DNA from: Eledone cirrhosa
Lineage: Eukaryota
NCBI GenBank assembly: GCA_964016885.1
Contig: OZ024740.1
Coordinates: forward strand, 282,224,001-282,288,000
Direction of reading: 5' to 3'
Length of the DNA: 64,000 nt
Shown here in pieces: positions 42,960 through 57,901 of this stretch. The translations under genes and the position numbers were made by a program. Each line of letters opens with the position of its first letter. Position 1 is the stretch's first letter. Under the pieces are notes generated by a model, which was given only the letters and a program-made list of their open reading frames with translations, did not search any database and was not told the DNA's origin.

Positions 42960-44040
42960 CGGGTCGCATACGGCGGATTGCGATACGGCCACTAGATATG
43001 ATGGCTAGTTGCAATATAAGCGGGCAACTACCTGATGAATAAGCAACCCCGGTCCAACGACTAAGGGAGATGGAGCAATGTGTGACACCGGTAGCTCCTA
43101 AGAAAATTCTCACAACCCAATGATATATCAATGACGAGGCGAGTTAATGCCGCCTCTAAAACATCCTAGATTTTGTGAGTTTGGGAAAGTACTAGATTCT
43201 TTACTGACGCAAATAAGTCCACGAAAATTCAATATGGTGAGAGGTAAGAAAAATAATCATATCCCATCGGCCTTCACGCGGGTTAACTCGTTCAGGCCTT
43301 CGATAGAAAACCCTGCTCGCACAATATATTGCAGTCTCCATTTCATGCCATAAAAACTGGCGATGGACTTGCGACCTATTTGGAAGACATGGGGTGGAGG
43401 TACAAAAATTGCGCATCGCGACACCAAAAGGAGAGTTTGAAAGGGTGCAAACCTTGACAATTGGAAACTAGAAGATCGCAACCCTTACACGTAAGGAGCA
43501 GGAACTGATGGAGGAGGCTCGATGCTACCGGCTAGATTTAATCGGGTTTTTTTCAACAATTTCCGTGGCATTGGTACTGTAGATTTGGATGGAAGTAGGA
43601 AACTACACTAATAATGTGTGGTGCCTGAGATGTTTGCACAGGCGGGAGTGTGGATGCTCACAAGCCCACGGCTGTTAGAATGTGTTATGGACTGGATACA
43701 ATTAGGAGAGAGGAACTAACACTTGAGGCTTAGGCTGAAATATATGTATCTGTAGATTGTACAAATTTATGCACTAAACAAGGAGTCCGAATACAGGTTC
43801 TTCCATGGTGTAGTCACTGCAGCGTTAGATGTAGTTAAGGCTGAGCCATATATCCTAATGGGGGACTTCAAGACACATGTTGGCACTGACTGCCTGACAT
43901 GGAAAGGAGTGATTGGAAGGAACAGTGATACCGATCTAAATACGAATGGAAAGGCCTTATTAGACTTCTGTTCTAGCAATTGACTCTATTATGAACACTT
44001 TCGAGCACAGAGACATCCATAAATATACATAGTATATAAA
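42960..44040 (+). mobile_element. Degenerate RTE-clade 5' region with APE endonuclease
   Basis: TLTRKEQELMEEARCYRLDLIG, ILMGDFKTHVG, GVIGRNSDTDLNTNGKALLDFCSSN. Confidence 0.7.
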
Positions 44041-44379
44041 GTTTAGGCTGAAATATAGGTCTCTGTGGGTGGTACAAGTTTATGCACAAAACAAAGAGTC
44101 CGAATACAGATTCTGTATACAAACATATATTTCAGACGATAAAAAATGATCAGTTTATTACTAGGTTCGATTCTTCCTCTATACCTCTTTTCACTTCCTC
44201 TTTCTTACTTTCTATCCTTCTCTGAAATAAATATGCTGTGTTCAGACTTGGTGAGTGATGGGCTCTGTCAGGCTTAAAATGTCCAAGAAATGCCGTATAA
44301 CACTATGGCACACCTACGAATGATATACAATAGTATATCGCTGCATTCATTATTAAATACCGTCATTATCAATATTTGA

Positions 44380-44565
44380 GGGCGGGGGATTGGCCGTATC
44401 GGTAGAGGGTCGGACGCCATGCTTTGCAGCACAGTTACGTCCCTTTGCGGACTGAGTTCAAATCCCGCCGAGGTTAACTTTGCCTTTCATCCTTACGGGG
44501 TCGATAAAATAAAGTACCAGTAATACACTGGTATAATTGCTGGCCTTGTGCCAAAAGTAGAAACA
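44380..44565 (+). mobile_element. SINE family A
   Basis: Full consensus with B box GAGTTCAAATCC; 15-bp TSD ATTATCAATATTTGA at 44365-44379 and 44566-44580. Confidence 0.92.
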
Positions 44566-46424
44566 ATTATCAATATTTGAATTCATAGATCTCCAAGTAG
44601 GTACCACAGAGTAGAATAATTACTCGTTAGTCATTGCCGAGTTCAATTCACTCAGAGGGAAAATTTACTTGCGTTTGCCCAGTTTCATATCTATATGTCG
44701 AATTATCGTTTAGTAGGACGAAGTCGAATTTCATGTGTTTTAGTCATTCAGAAAAACATGACTACATTTTCTAGTATGGATTTATATAGAATTGCTAAAA
44801 TATCTTGTGGAATGTTGAATTCATATTAGTATGGAAATCACGATACTAACACTCACTCAACCGTGAAATTCTGAATACGTTACAAAAAAATATAATGTCA
44901 GAATTTTCATTGTGTTGGTAACCTACTTGTCTAGCAATATTTACTTAGAACCCTGTTAATGTGCGCTAAACATTACATTTAAACAGCATGCGCCAGTCAA
45001 CAGAAGTTATATAAACGCTCGCTTATTTTTTACACCTACTTGAAGGGTTATTATAATCACGTAAGTTTTAAATGTATTCAGTTCTAAACAAATATTTCAT
45101 TATTTAGCATATTGATTGGTGCTAAGTATTTCAAAAAATATCATTTAGTTGGATTAACATTTTTCAAATAAATATAAGCATAATTTCGAGGTTTTTGTTC
45201 AGATTTGTATCACGATATTTTCATCAATTGCGTTTAACAATCTACACATTTTTAGGAAGCGTCCGATGAGAATATGAAGAAGATAAAGGTTATGTTCTTA
45301 TATGTTAAGTTGTTGTTGTTGTTGTTGTTGTTCTTCTTCTTCTTCTTCTTCTTCTTCTTCTTCTTCTTCTTCTTCTTCTTCTTCTTCTTCTTCTTCTTCT
45401 TCTTCTTCTTGTATCATCCCTCCATCATAGGCGAAGCGTTCATTTTGCTTTTTCTAATGGATAAAATATATGCGGCTCGCTACACCTGTATACTCATAGA
45501 TTTCTCCGCTAACTGAAGCAGTTGTGCAAACCTATTGTCTAGTTAATAGTCAATCATCTGCGAAGCCACTAATGTTCATGACGTCGGGGTCATCTAATTA
45601 AACTGATGATCGTCGCATGAGCTACTGCTTACAATGAGACAAGCAGAGTTTATCGAGACTTACTCCTCTGGATGTGACATATTCTGTTAGACTATCCTCT
45701 GGAAGCCATACCAGAAGCCCCTCGTGCAGGATGTAGCTTTTCACTACGCAGGTCCGTCTTCGAACTGAGAGAATCTAGGTGCTCAGCTTGTATGAGCATA
45801 TATTACATGTCATCAGTTCAATGAGTAGCATGCTGAACAGACACTGGGACACAGTGAGACACCACAAAAGATCATCCAGTGCCAACCAGTGAAATCAACT
45901 TCAGCTTCGAACACTCTTAAATTAATATATACAGATTTAAACACCTACATAATATATACATATGCACACACTTTTCGACGGCCGCTGTCTGACATGAGTT
46001 CCTCCAATCTTTGTCAGGATTTGTTTTTCATCCTGCAAGGTATCCAAAATCACAAGCAAACTTGGTTGAGTTGCCGGATTAGACGCCGACGATCCGATGA
46101 TGTGGCAGGTTGTACTGGGTTACATGTTACCAGAAGCACCCAAGAAAGACCAAACTAACGAAGAATATGTTTTTATATGTTCTTAAGTTATTAATCTGTT
46201 TCAGCTATAAAGGCCAATGCCATACTAGAGCACCACTTTAAAAATAATATACATAAATTCTATGACTATGAAAAGTATATCAACTTTATGTATAAAAAAC
46301 AAAACCTGACAAAGGGCGGAGGAACTCATAAGAGTCAACGACCATTCAAAAATGTGAAAAGATGTATATACATGTGTATATATGTATGTATATATGTATA
46401 TGCATGTATACATGTGTATGTATA

Positions 46425-47500
46425 TGAGCGGGGACATAGAAATAGCCGGACTGGATACCCGATCGCGTGGTTAAACCATTAGGAGTGAAGGACCCCTAGC
46501 CTTTTTCAGGGCATTCTTCTATGAGAAGGCAACTCAGGAAACAGGGATAACTCCGACATAAAATACCTGCGGCTCAGTAGTTACCGATGATGTTGATCTT
46601 TTTATTCTTTTCGGGATAAAGCTACTGTCGCCCAGAGAGTAGGATTGGCTCAGTACACAGTCTTTCCTCACTTAAAAAAAATCTTCGCGCACAGGCATTG
46701 CGCGATAGCATTAATTCATTATTATTAATAATCTTATATCGTGCAATGGCCATACTCGATAATGAGGGGACAGCCATCATGTATGTGTGTATGTATGTAT
46801 GTATGTATGTATGTATGTATGTATGTATGTCAGGTCACCACTTGGTGCTACTGGTAACATGTATCCCAGTACAACCTGTCTCATGGTCGGGTCATTGGCG
46901 ACTAAACTGGCAACCCCACCAAGGTTTCTTGGTGAGGAGGGTGACTTTGGACATCCTGCAGGATTAAAAACAAAACGTGTCAAAGGGCAAAGGAGCTCTT
47001 AAGAGTCAATGGCCATCCAAAATCACCGGGAGAGATGACCCCTTAGCCTTTGTCAAGGCAGAATTCTAGGAGAAGGAAAACTCTGATATAGCACCTGCAA
47101 CCCTGATGGTATCCAATGATGTTGACTTGTTCTTCTTTTTGGTAAATATCATCTTGGTTAAGAGAGTGGGACTGGATTTGTGCAGTGCCTTTGCTCACTA
47201 TAAAAGCTTCACGGCACAGGCATTGCTTTATATCTGGAGATCTCTCTGCACTTGTCATCACATGGTACCATGGGCCCAGCACTATGTGTCAGTAATTGTC
47301 ACAAGTGTAGTGTTTGTACCAGAGTTTTCAAGTCGCCGGCTGGACTAAAAAGTCACACTCGTTCAGCGCATCGGTAGGGGTTCTCCTACATGGATATAAA
47401 GTAGTGGCCGTACTCGAAAACGAGTTGGCAGCCACCATGTATGTATGTATGTATGTATGTATGTATGTATGTATGTATGTATGTATGTATGTATGTATGT
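46425..47500 (+). mobile_element. Two tandem non-autonomous RTE-derived elements with (ATGT)n tails
   Basis: 46425-46779 and 46831-47437 contain the RTE 5'UTR-like GAGAAGG(A/C)AACTC motif and end in the same hairpin as the RTE at 24157; partial minus copy at 45975-46145. Confidence 0.7.
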
Positions 47501-47631
47501 ATGAAATAAGCAGATATATGAGGTGTCATTTGCGTGTTTGATTGCTTGAGAATTGTTATATACGCTAATCTATCCCTTCAGTAGCTGCTACAGGGTTTCT
47601 TTACATGTATTATATATATCTATTTATCTAC

Positions 47632-47704
<73 letters not shown>

Positions 47705-47967
47705 TCTCTCTCTCGCTCTCTCTATCTATCTTTCTCTCTTTCTCTCTCTCTTCTCTCTCTCTCTCTCGCTCTCTCGCTCTCTCTACCTACCTCTCTATAT
47801 AATGAGTGTATTAGTTACGAGATTGGCATTTGATTGTCTTATCCCGTGGATGTTTTGTTTATCGTTGGCTTTGATTTTGGAATGTCTTATTTACGTATAG
47901 GGACATTGAGTATTTACGTTACATTTGTTCTAGGTGTTTAGATCTAGATGTTTGACAGTCCTATTTA

Positions 47968-48005
<38 letters not shown>

Positions 48006-48006
<1 letters not shown>

Positions 48007-48179
48007 GAGGTTGTGAGTTCGATTCTCGGACCGGGCGATGCGTTATGTCCTTGAGCAAGACACTTTATTTCACGTTGCTCCTTCTACCTGGAGTTGCGAC
48101 TGATAGAGAGTACTAGCAATTGGAAAGACCAACGGAAACATTGTTTCCTCGGTCCGATTTGACGAAAGTCGATCGACTG

Positions 48180-48182
<3 letters not shown>
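48006..48182 (+). mobile_element. SINE family B, 5'-truncated
   Basis: Near-identical to 39859-40036, flanked by (TA)n. Confidence 0.85.
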
Positions 48183-48217
<35 letters not shown>

Positions 48218-48547
48218 CATACGCGTGTAGGTGGGTGCGTATGCGCAAGCGTGTGAGAGAGTAGGACATTGGAAATGCAGGATGGAATTCTTTTAAATAT
48301 ATATAGAATATTGTTGTGAAATATAACTATTTACTGAGATGAAAGTAAACGATATATTTTGTATAAGATATTGCTCCATTTTCCCCTGTACATTTGATAG
48401 TGGTTTGGGGAGAACGTATTTCAATCGAGCACGAAATCCAACGAAACAAAGTAATTGGACAAGTTTCAAATGTAAAAATGAGATGCAACCAATATAATGA
48501 TTATGTAGTTAAATTATATATTTATATATAACTTGTCCAATTATTCA

Positions 48548-48895
48548 TGGGGAAGGCGCATGACCTAGTGGTAAGAGATTTTGGACTTACGATCATAATG
48601 TCATGGCTTCCTTTCTGGACTAGGTTATGTGTTGTGATTTTGAGCAAAACACTTCATTTCACATGGCTCCAGTATATTCAACTGAAAATGAGTACCAGCA
48701 GTATCTGGGGGTTTAACCTTGCGATGGACAGGCATCCTGTTCAGCGGGGAGTCGAAATGAGTACCAGCAGTATCTGGGGGTTTAATCTTGCGATGGACAG
48801 GCGTCTTGTTCAGCGGAGAGTCGTGTACTCTCAGTCCCTTAACGCCACGAAAAAACCGGGATAAGAACAGGCCTGATTAGCCTCCGGGCTTCAGA
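48548..48895 (+). mobile_element. tRNA/CORE SINE family C with internal 69-bp tandem duplication
   Basis: tRNA-like head, TTGAGCAAAACACTT, then AAATGAGTACCAGC...GCGATGGACAGGC..GAGTCG twice (~48687-48824). Confidence 0.7.
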
Positions 48896-49187
48896 CTTCC
48901 TTTTATAGATGTATTCATGTGTTACAGTTCTGGAGTTTTGTCAAAGCAAGTTACTGATAATTTCAAAAAGACAACAATCATAAAGGTGTAAATGTCCTTC
49001 ATGTGTCTAGAATAATCAAACATGCACAGCCATAACTGATTTTTACTCAACAGAAAGACAGTTTACCAGTATATATTTTAGCAAAACATATATTAATAAA
49101 ATATCTTTGAAAATAATAAGATGGTTTTACAATACGTAGTTCTACACATTGTAAAACCTTTTCACACACATGTATCTATATGTATAA

Positions 49188-49241
<54 letters not shown>

Positions 49242-49285
49242 AAGTTAAATAAAAGTCAAATGATTAAAATTTAGCTTCGTTTATT

Positions 49286-49340
49286 ACTGCTATATATATT
49301 TCAGTGACAGCCATCTTTGGCTGTGACCTCTTCAGGCAGT
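49286..49340 (-). ncRNA. Type I hammerhead ribozyme (copy of 35073-35127)
   Basis: Stems and core identical; only loop II region differs. Confidence 0.85.
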
Positions 49341-50049
49341 TTGAATTAGTATGGTATAGACAAGTACATATGTTGTTGCGGTGTACAATATTGTCAATAC
49401 TCTGATATGCCCAGTTCCTTGTTGGGTTGTTATTTCACTGAGGAACTGGAGTCATATATATATATATATATATAGTTATACTTTGGGAGGGTCATGTTGC
49501 CAATAAGAAACATACGCACCAGTTGCTTTCACTCCAAACACACAACCCTCAACTCATACTATTCATCCCACTTTGGTTTTGATTTTCAGTTCAAGTTTTC
49601 TCTTCTATCTTACGAGAATGATAATAGTCTTCTTCACCTCGATGCTTTTTGTTGCGTAGTTTCGGGAAAGTAGAGAGGAAATTGAGCTAACTGAATCTTT
49701 TGCCATCATGTGTGCAAGTGAAAACGTGAAAAATGTTACTGGATATAATAAATCATTATTCTAACAAAAAAATGGATAAACGGATGAAAACATTACAGTT
49801 TTAACCACACACAAAAAAAAAAAAAAATTGACGGATGCACATTTTTGTCCCATGTGTGAACTAGTCAACAAGAAAATTCTGGGTAGTGGTCACATAAGTG
49901 AATGCAGCTCTTCTGTATCAAATAATCGTACCAAATAAACCAGAATCATAACTAAAAGAAACGTGCAATTTGACCCATTTTCTTCTAAATCCGTCCGAAT
50001 GATTTAAGTCCTTCGAATATGCAAGTCTTTAATCTCATATTTGGTCATA

Positions 50050-50202
50050 TATTGGCAGTATCGGTAGAGCATCGGACAACATGCTTTACAGCATATAGTT
50101 ACATCCTTTTACGTCCTGAGTTCAAATCCCACCGAGACCAACTTCACATTTCATCCTTACGGGGGTCAATGAAATAAAGTACCAGTTCAGTACTGGAGAC
50201 GA
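50050..50202 (+). mobile_element. SINE family A, older partial copy
   Basis: Diverged match to family consensus. Confidence 0.75.
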
Positions 50203-50646
50203 TATATTCCAATTTGAGAGCACATAAAGTTGCGCCTTGTGTTTTCTATTACGTGCGCAAACAAAACCCTGTAGGGAGTCCCACCGGAGGACCGACATAC
50301 ATACATTTGATCTCAGCCACCAAATAAAAACATCAGCGCTTCGGGAGAAAACATGTTGAGAGCGTGTCTACTGGCTTAAAACGGTTGGAAAGCATGCAGA
50401 AGAACAGGTTGCTTTTGTTTTCTCTGTTTTTTTATCTCAATAAAGATACCAGTCTATTTTCTTACTACGACAGGAAGGTAACCAGAAACAATTTTGATTC
50501 GCTCTCTTTAACCTCACTCCCACTCATTTCTTTTCTTCTTTCATATTCCATACTCAAAGGAAAAGAAAATGAAACCAATTTATTCGCTGCTTTTTATCCT
50601 TGTTTTTTGTTGTTAAGCAAAGAGGGACTTTCTCTACTTAAATAAT

Positions 50647-50831
50647 TGTTTCTACTTTTGGCACAAGGCTAGCAATTACCCAGTGCATTACTGGTACTTT
50701 ATTTTATCGAACCCGTAAGGATGAAAGGCAAAGTTAACCTCGGCGGGATTTTAACGCAGACCATAAAGGACCGTAACTCTATGCTGCAAAGCATGGTGTC
50801 CGACTCTCTACCGATACTGCCAATCCACCAC
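50647..50831 (-). mobile_element. SINE family A
   Basis: Reverse complement of consensus; TSD CTTAAATAAT at 50637-50646 and 50832-50841. Confidence 0.9.
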
Positions 50832-50951
50832 CTTAAATAATATCGCTTGCTTACAACTTATCCTGAGAAATTAAGAAATGGGACGTACAAAAACGATATT
50901 ACGAGTACAACGAGGATAGCAAAATTTATCAGTACTTTATCTTATATTACA

Positions 50952-51027
<76 letters not shown>

Positions 51028-51035
51028 GATGATAC

Positions 51036-51101
<66 letters not shown>

Positions 51102-51102
<1 letters not shown>

Positions 51103-51297
51103 ACGATGGAAATGTGGTAAGGAACCAGGTGGACCATAACGCACCAAAGTACTCAATACTTGGGGTAGTAGAGTGGGTAATAGGAACCAGTAAGACCGCG
51201 ACGGCTGAGCTCAAGCCGTTTCGACGGCTAATTCTTGGTCCAGAATTAGCCGTCGAAACGGCTTGAGCTCAGCCGTCGGGGTCTTACTGGTTCCTAT
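51102..51297. mobile_element. TA-flanked fold-back element (family of 14493-14643)
   Basis: Hairpin 51180-51297 plus an ~80-bp one-sided tail. Confidence 0.8.
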
Positions 51298-51589
51298 ATA
51301 TATTTATATATATATAGGAAAACAGTGAGTAACCCGACGGCTGAGCTCCGGCCGTTTCGACAGCTAGATCCGAACTAAGCCAGCAGTATTAGAAGGGGTG
51401 GGAATCTAGCAGAACTTATCAAGGGGTACAGTCCATATATAGGCATGCAGTCAAAGCAAAATAGCAGAAATATCAAGCAAATAATCCTAAAATGTTGTTG
51501 CTTTTCTTGTCTGTCAAGGGGAATGGTCTATGATAGTACTCTGGTGCGTTATGGTCCACCTGGTATCTTACCACATCCTATATATGTGT

Positions 51590-51628
<39 letters not shown>

Positions 51629-51639
51629 CATCTCTCTCG

Positions 51640-51695
<56 letters not shown>

Positions 51696-51956
51696 AAACA
51701 TCGGTATATAAAAACTCTATACTAACTTGCTAACCAATAACCCCTTAATGTAAAGGCGCTAAAATTTCCGAAAGGAAGGTAACTAGCAAGATATCGTTAT
51801 TGGTACAACAAATTAGATACCTTATACAAAAAACATATAGAACGTATAGTCTGTTAGAATAATGACATATTATTTACTTTAATGTTCAATATACTGTTCT
51901 ACTACATGCTCAGACAGCTGCTGTTTCTGTTACTGAAGAAACTTGATAATTAACAT

Positions 51957-52022
51957 TCGATAAAATAAAGTACCAGTAATGCACTGGATATTTGCTGGCC
52001 TTGTGCCCAAAGTAGAAACAAT
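51957..52022 (+). mobile_element. SINE family A, 3' fragment
   Basis: TCGATAAAATAAAGTACCAG...AGTAGAAACAATTATT. Confidence 0.8.
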
Positions 52023-52268
52023 TATTAAATGGATAATTAGCATGCCAAGATAATAATGTTTGTCAGTGGACCAATCTTAATCAATCAATCAATCAATCGA
52101 TATTTATATATAATTATTGATTCGAATAGGTGTTGGTTAATTACCGACACTTCAGTATGCATGGGAGAGCAGTCGACGAAGTGCGCAGATGGGTCCGTTA
52201 TTCCGGAGTAATTTAAAAACAAGAAGTGTAAGTGAGCAGGTTAAAATTTACTTCGTTTATTTATATTC

Positions 52269-52327
52269 GCTGTCATATATATTTCGGTGATAACCATTAC
52301 GCAACAGCTATGAACTCATCAGACAGC
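52269..52327 (-). ncRNA. Degenerate hammerhead fold
   Basis: Minus strand: GCTGT-CTGATGA-...-GAAA-TATATA-TG-ACAGC; the cleavage triplet ends in G, so likely inactive. Confidence 0.5.
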
Positions 52328-52440
52328 TAGAATTTGAACAGAAGAAACAAAAAAAGGACTTCATCTTTCTTATATACACTCTGCCTGTGCATCGAGTGCT
52401 TGATTTGGAGCCACCACCAGATATTCACTGAATCACATAC

Positions 52441-52518
<78 letters not shown>

Positions 52519-53054
52519 AAAATGTTCGCTCTACATGGCTGAATACAATAAATGTAATCTGAGTTTTTCGAATATTAATAATTCGTTTACAATTATACAA
52601 ACAAGCCTCAATTTTATAGCCATGTCAGTCGAATGAACCCTTCATTCTTGCTCTTGTGTTGGCATATGTACATAACTGCAGACACTAATGTTTCTGGGTA
52701 TCACCCTTCATCAGTACAGCTCACTGTTCACCTGCCAAACTGTAAGAGCTAGTGAAAATATATGCTATTTTCAAAAATACACAGTGACTGATCGGCCTGA
52801 TCTGCATATTAGCAGACTGGCTGATCAGCCAGATCTGCATATTAGCAGACTAGCCAGTCAGTTTCCTATATACGAGCGATAAATGGCCGTCTTTGCCCAA
52901 TTCAAATAAAAAAGAAAATTTCCGCTCTACATGGCTGAATACAATAAATCGATCTGGCTGCTATTTTTTAGTAGCTTACGTTCTATTCGACCCGCTAGGC
53001 ACGCGATACCACGTGCGTGTTTTCTCTCTTAACACACGCGCATTATTTCGTCTT

Positions 53055-53232
53055 GGATTGGCAGTATCGGTAGAGAGTCGGACGCCATGCTTTCCAGCAT
53101 AGTTACGTCCCTTTACGGTCTGAGTTCAAATCCCGTCGAGGTTAACTTTGCCTTTCATCCTTACGGGGTCGATAAAATAAAGTACCAGTAATGTACTGGG
53201 TAATTGCTGGCCTTGTGCCTAAAGTAGAAACA
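53055..53232 (+). mobile_element. SINE family A
   Basis: 13-bp TSD ATTATTTCGTCTT at 53042-53054 and 53233-53245. Confidence 0.92.
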
Positions 53233-53519
53233 ATTATTTCGTCTTCTAACAAATTTAGTAGTGGAGAGATTACTGGCCTGAACATCCATTGAAAAACATT
53301 GGATCTTGAACTCTCTTCACTGAATTGCCGAAACAGTTCTACGCAAAGCTATCTGGATATTGATAGTTATCATAATCAGTTTTTAAATCTTAATTATCAT
53401 TTTAATGGAGTCTTGTGAACCTTATTATCTTTAGTCAGTATTTTCTTCACTCTGGCAGTTTACGTCCCTTGTGATTTGAACTCATATATGTGTATATCTG
53501 TGTTTTTCTCTCTCTATTG

Positions 53520-53628
<109 letters not shown>

Positions 53629-53979
53629 ATGTCTCTGTTTCTGTGCGTGTATGCATATGTACAAAGGCATAGATATTTGATTTAAATGTTTGCTTTCATA
53701 TCGACGTACTTCCGAGTTTAATCCCAAATGCGACCCTTTGTACCAATGTCTTTAATTGTAGCCTATTTTTAAATAATATCTTGTGTGTAGAATTTGGTTA
53801 ACGGAGATTATGCAGAAGCCTGTCTATTTCGTGCGTACATGCTTGGGTTTATGTTTTCTCTGGTCGAAAGACTGATGCTTCTGCAATGTCATTTATTTCC
53901 CAATTCAATAAAAGAGGACTGAAGCAGGTGTTCGATATAAGAGACTAAAACCTGGAAAGCGCTGTCTCAGCATGGTCGA

Positions 53980-54098
<119 letters not shown>

Positions 54099-54099
54099 T

Positions 54100-54195
<96 letters not shown>

Positions 54196-54274
54196 TATAT
54201 ATATATATATATGTATATAATATTTAGTATACACACACATATATATAGTATATATATTATATATATTATATATA

Positions 54275-54455
54275 GGGCGGTGAATTGGCAGTATCGGTAG
54301 AGGCTCGGACATGCTTTCCAACATAGTTACGTCCCTTTATGATCTGAGTTAAAATCCGCCGAGGTTAACTTTGCCTTTCATCCATACGGGGTCGATAAAA
54401 TAAAGTACCAGTAATGTACTGGGTAATTGCTGGCCTTGTGCCAACAGTAGAAACA
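54275..54455 (+). mobile_element. SINE family A inside a TA tract
   Basis: Full consensus; ATTATATATATTATATATA on both sides. Confidence 0.9.
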
Positions 54456-54586
54456 ATTATATATATTATATATATTTATATTACATATTATATATATAAT
54501 ATATATATATATAAAATATATACTATATATACACCCCCACATACATATATATATCTATATATATTATATATATTTATATTACATAT

Positions 54587-54621
<35 letters not shown>

Positions 54622-54689
54622 GATTACATATATATATATATATATATATATTCATATATTGCATAAAACAAAACGTCTTAGCAGACACT

Positions 54690-56570
54690 TGAGGATACTG
54701 TTACCAACATATGCTCAAAACACATCCCACCATGAGTCGTGAACAAAACTAAATGCAAGCTCCCAAGAGAGTTAAACACCCTCATTCGAAAAATGCAAAG
54801 ACTAAACAAATAAAAAGTATAACCAACTTGAATATTTCCAACAACAACACACCCATTCGACAGTTATAGCATATCTCAAATCAAAAAAATATATTCTTTA
54901 GAACTACATGAAGACTATCACCGTAATCAAAGAACAGCTGAGACGGACTGAGATATTCTGAACATCACAATCAATTCTAAAATAGTCTTGTCACTTACCA
55001 AAGAAAAACAACAAAAAAAAACAAAGGTCACTATCTCATCTATTAATCAACTACTTGATGAAAACAACATTCTTTATCACGATGCTAAAAACATAAAGAA
55101 GATTCCGTGGAAGCAATACTGCCTGGGTTTAGGGATGGATATCTGTAAACTAACCATCACTTCCTATCTGACGAATTCCGGCTCCTTAGATATCATAGTA
55201 GCAATAAACGAAATTATATCCAATGCAGCAGTGGGCCGATAGACTTTCCTATATCCTCCTGAAAGAGTGACTATATAAACTTGCATCCCATCTACCCCAT
55301 CTGTCGTTCCTGACCTCACTTATCTCCTATCATTACATTATTTGAGTGGGTGGTGAGATCAAGAATAACTCACTTCCTTGAAAGTAACTATCTCCTTAAT
55401 CACAAACAGCGTGGTTTCTTGCGATGGCAGTGACAGCTTTAAATATCTGTCACACTAATTTGACGAGAACCTAAAGCTTTGGAATAGGGTTCCAACGTGG
55501 CATATTCATTGACCTCTGCAAGAACTTTGACAGAGTCAATTATGACATCCTGCTGAAAAAACTACCCTGTATTCGAGTCAATGGAAAGCTACTACAGTTA
55601 GTTAAGCGAACCTACTCTGTTCTGATCAAATGAGTGAAATTAGATCAGTAAAATTCATTAGTGATGTCACGCAAGGCATAGTTTTGCGCCCAAATCTCAT
55701 CATTATTTGCATTTATTTTACCATAGTCATTATCAAACGCGGCAAAATATACATTTTTGCGAATAACTCTGAGTTTTATGAGACTATTAATGGGTTAAGA
55801 GACTGGACTTGAATTAAATCGGGATAAAATTTGAGATAATCCACATTGGAAAATGGAGAGCACTTAAACAACGATATTCTCTTCCCTTGAATGAATCCTC
55901 GTGCCATCAAATATTTCTAGAGATCTCAGGTAACAGTCGAAAGCAAACTAAGCTTGAGTGCTCACATCAACAACGATAGGTTCAGCAGTGTGTTTCTGTG
56001 TTCTTAGAAGTTTTCGGTCTAGATAACCTCACACCATTATCCTTTCATTGCCTACTTTTTCACGGTCTCTCCTTAAATATCCTACCCGCTGTTGTCTTCC
56101 TGTACAAACCAAAGTACTATGAAACCCTGAAGCGCTTTGAGATGAATTACATACAGCAGATAGCATGGCAGTCCTTGATTACTGAAATTCGATTGAAACG
56201 TCCAAACTCTATTCTCTCCAACGCGCTACAACATTTGAAGCGGAACATTTTCCATCACAATTGCCCAAATGATACTCGCGTCAACTTATTCACTTAAAAT
56301 TTGGACTCCGGACTATTATTTTGCTACAAAATGGGTCTGACATAGCATTACACAACAACATTATAACAGAAATATTTCCCCTCAACTGACTCTGCTCTTC
56401 CTAACATTATACCGAAACAAATCGTAGATAAACACGAAGTTCTTTGAAATTAATATCAAATGGTTCCTGGAAAAATTGCTTTACGAAACTTCAGATAAAT
56501 CACCCACTACCGGATATGATTCGGCTGACAAAATCCTACTTAATAGAGTTATGGTGTCCAAAGTATAAAT
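54690..56570 (+). mobile_element. Highly degenerate CR1/L2-group LINE RT relic
   Basis: DLCKNFDRVNYDILLKKL, SDVTQGIVLRPNL and IYIFANN echo DFAKAFD.V.H..LL.KL, SGVPQG.VLGP.L and FADD. Confidence 0.6.
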
Positions 56571-56924
56571 TAAATATATGTGATTAAAAAAGACTTAATT
56601 AGGTAATTCGTGTATATATAAAATTAAAGAGTATGTTTTGCTTTTTGCAAAAGCTAGTACAACACATTAACTATGATACAGCTGAATAAAATCGGAGATA
56701 TAACACCGCTGAGATGTGAAAATGTGTCTCCATTGTTTCCACGTCAATGGATTATATCCCGATTTCCTCCAGCTATCCGCCCCATAATATGCTTTGCAGT
56801 AGCATTTGCAAAACGTATAACAGACTCTTATATTTCAATCTTACTACTAGCTTTTCAATCGTTCAATTGTTTATATATATAGATATAAAATAAAAATTTT
56901 ATTTCTCGCCCTAGCATACTTACT

Positions 56925-56956
<32 letters not shown>

Positions 56957-56968
56957 TATAATATATAT

Positions 56969-57070
<102 letters not shown>

Positions 57071-57074
57071 TGTG

Positions 57075-57151
<77 letters not shown>

Positions 57152-57735
57152 AGTATAGAAATTGTTGTAGCGAGAAGCTAACAGTATTCCATAACATATA
57201 TACGACTATAGCGTCAAAATGGGATATATATATATGTGTGTGTGTGTGTGTGTATGTGTGTGTGTAACCACGCCACCTACATCCACACCACGTATAAACA
57301 CCAACCCACACGTGCTTACCACCACATATACGCACTCAGCCTCCGGAATCCACCCCCCTCTCCATCCACACGCACGCACACACCGACCTACACCCCATCC
57401 CACACACACACACATTTTCCTGAACATGGAACCTCGTTCTTCCCCCAACTCTCACATTCACATACACAAACACACACACGTACACCTACACACATACACA
57501 AACACCACCTTCAACCCTCCCCACTCGGACCCCCCCCCCCACCTCCCTCTCCCTACTCCATCCGCCACCACACCTACACGCCCCACACCCTTCCACTATT
57601 TGTTTATCTTTATGTTTATTTTAATTTTTATTTGAACCCCTGCCACCGTGTTTCCTCCCCCCACCTTTTTTTTCTAAATGTCTCTCCATCCCTCCCTCAC
57701 ACACCCTCGGAAATCTCTTCCCACCCACTTTTCTC

Positions 57736-57765
57736 CTGAAGAAGGGCTTATGCCGAAACGGCGTT
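57736..57765 (+). ncRNA. Penelope-type hammerhead core remnant
   Basis: CTGAAGA-AGGGC TTAT GCC-GAAACG followed downstream by AATAAA; stem I not evident. Confidence 0.45.
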
Positions 57766-57846
57766 CCCCACCCCCCACTCTCAAGAGCGTGAAACTAATA
57801 AACCTTTGTTTTTACTGCCTCTCTGTTTTTGTTCCCGTTCCAGTTG

Positions 57847-57901
<55 letters not shown>

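Noticed and set aside
46831-46950. Possible HDV-like or twister ribozyme at the RTE-derived 5' end
   Set aside because: Some pairings exist (CCAGT/ACTGG, CTAA) but I could not build a consistent P1/P3/P1.1 or twister topology by eye; it needs a descriptor search.
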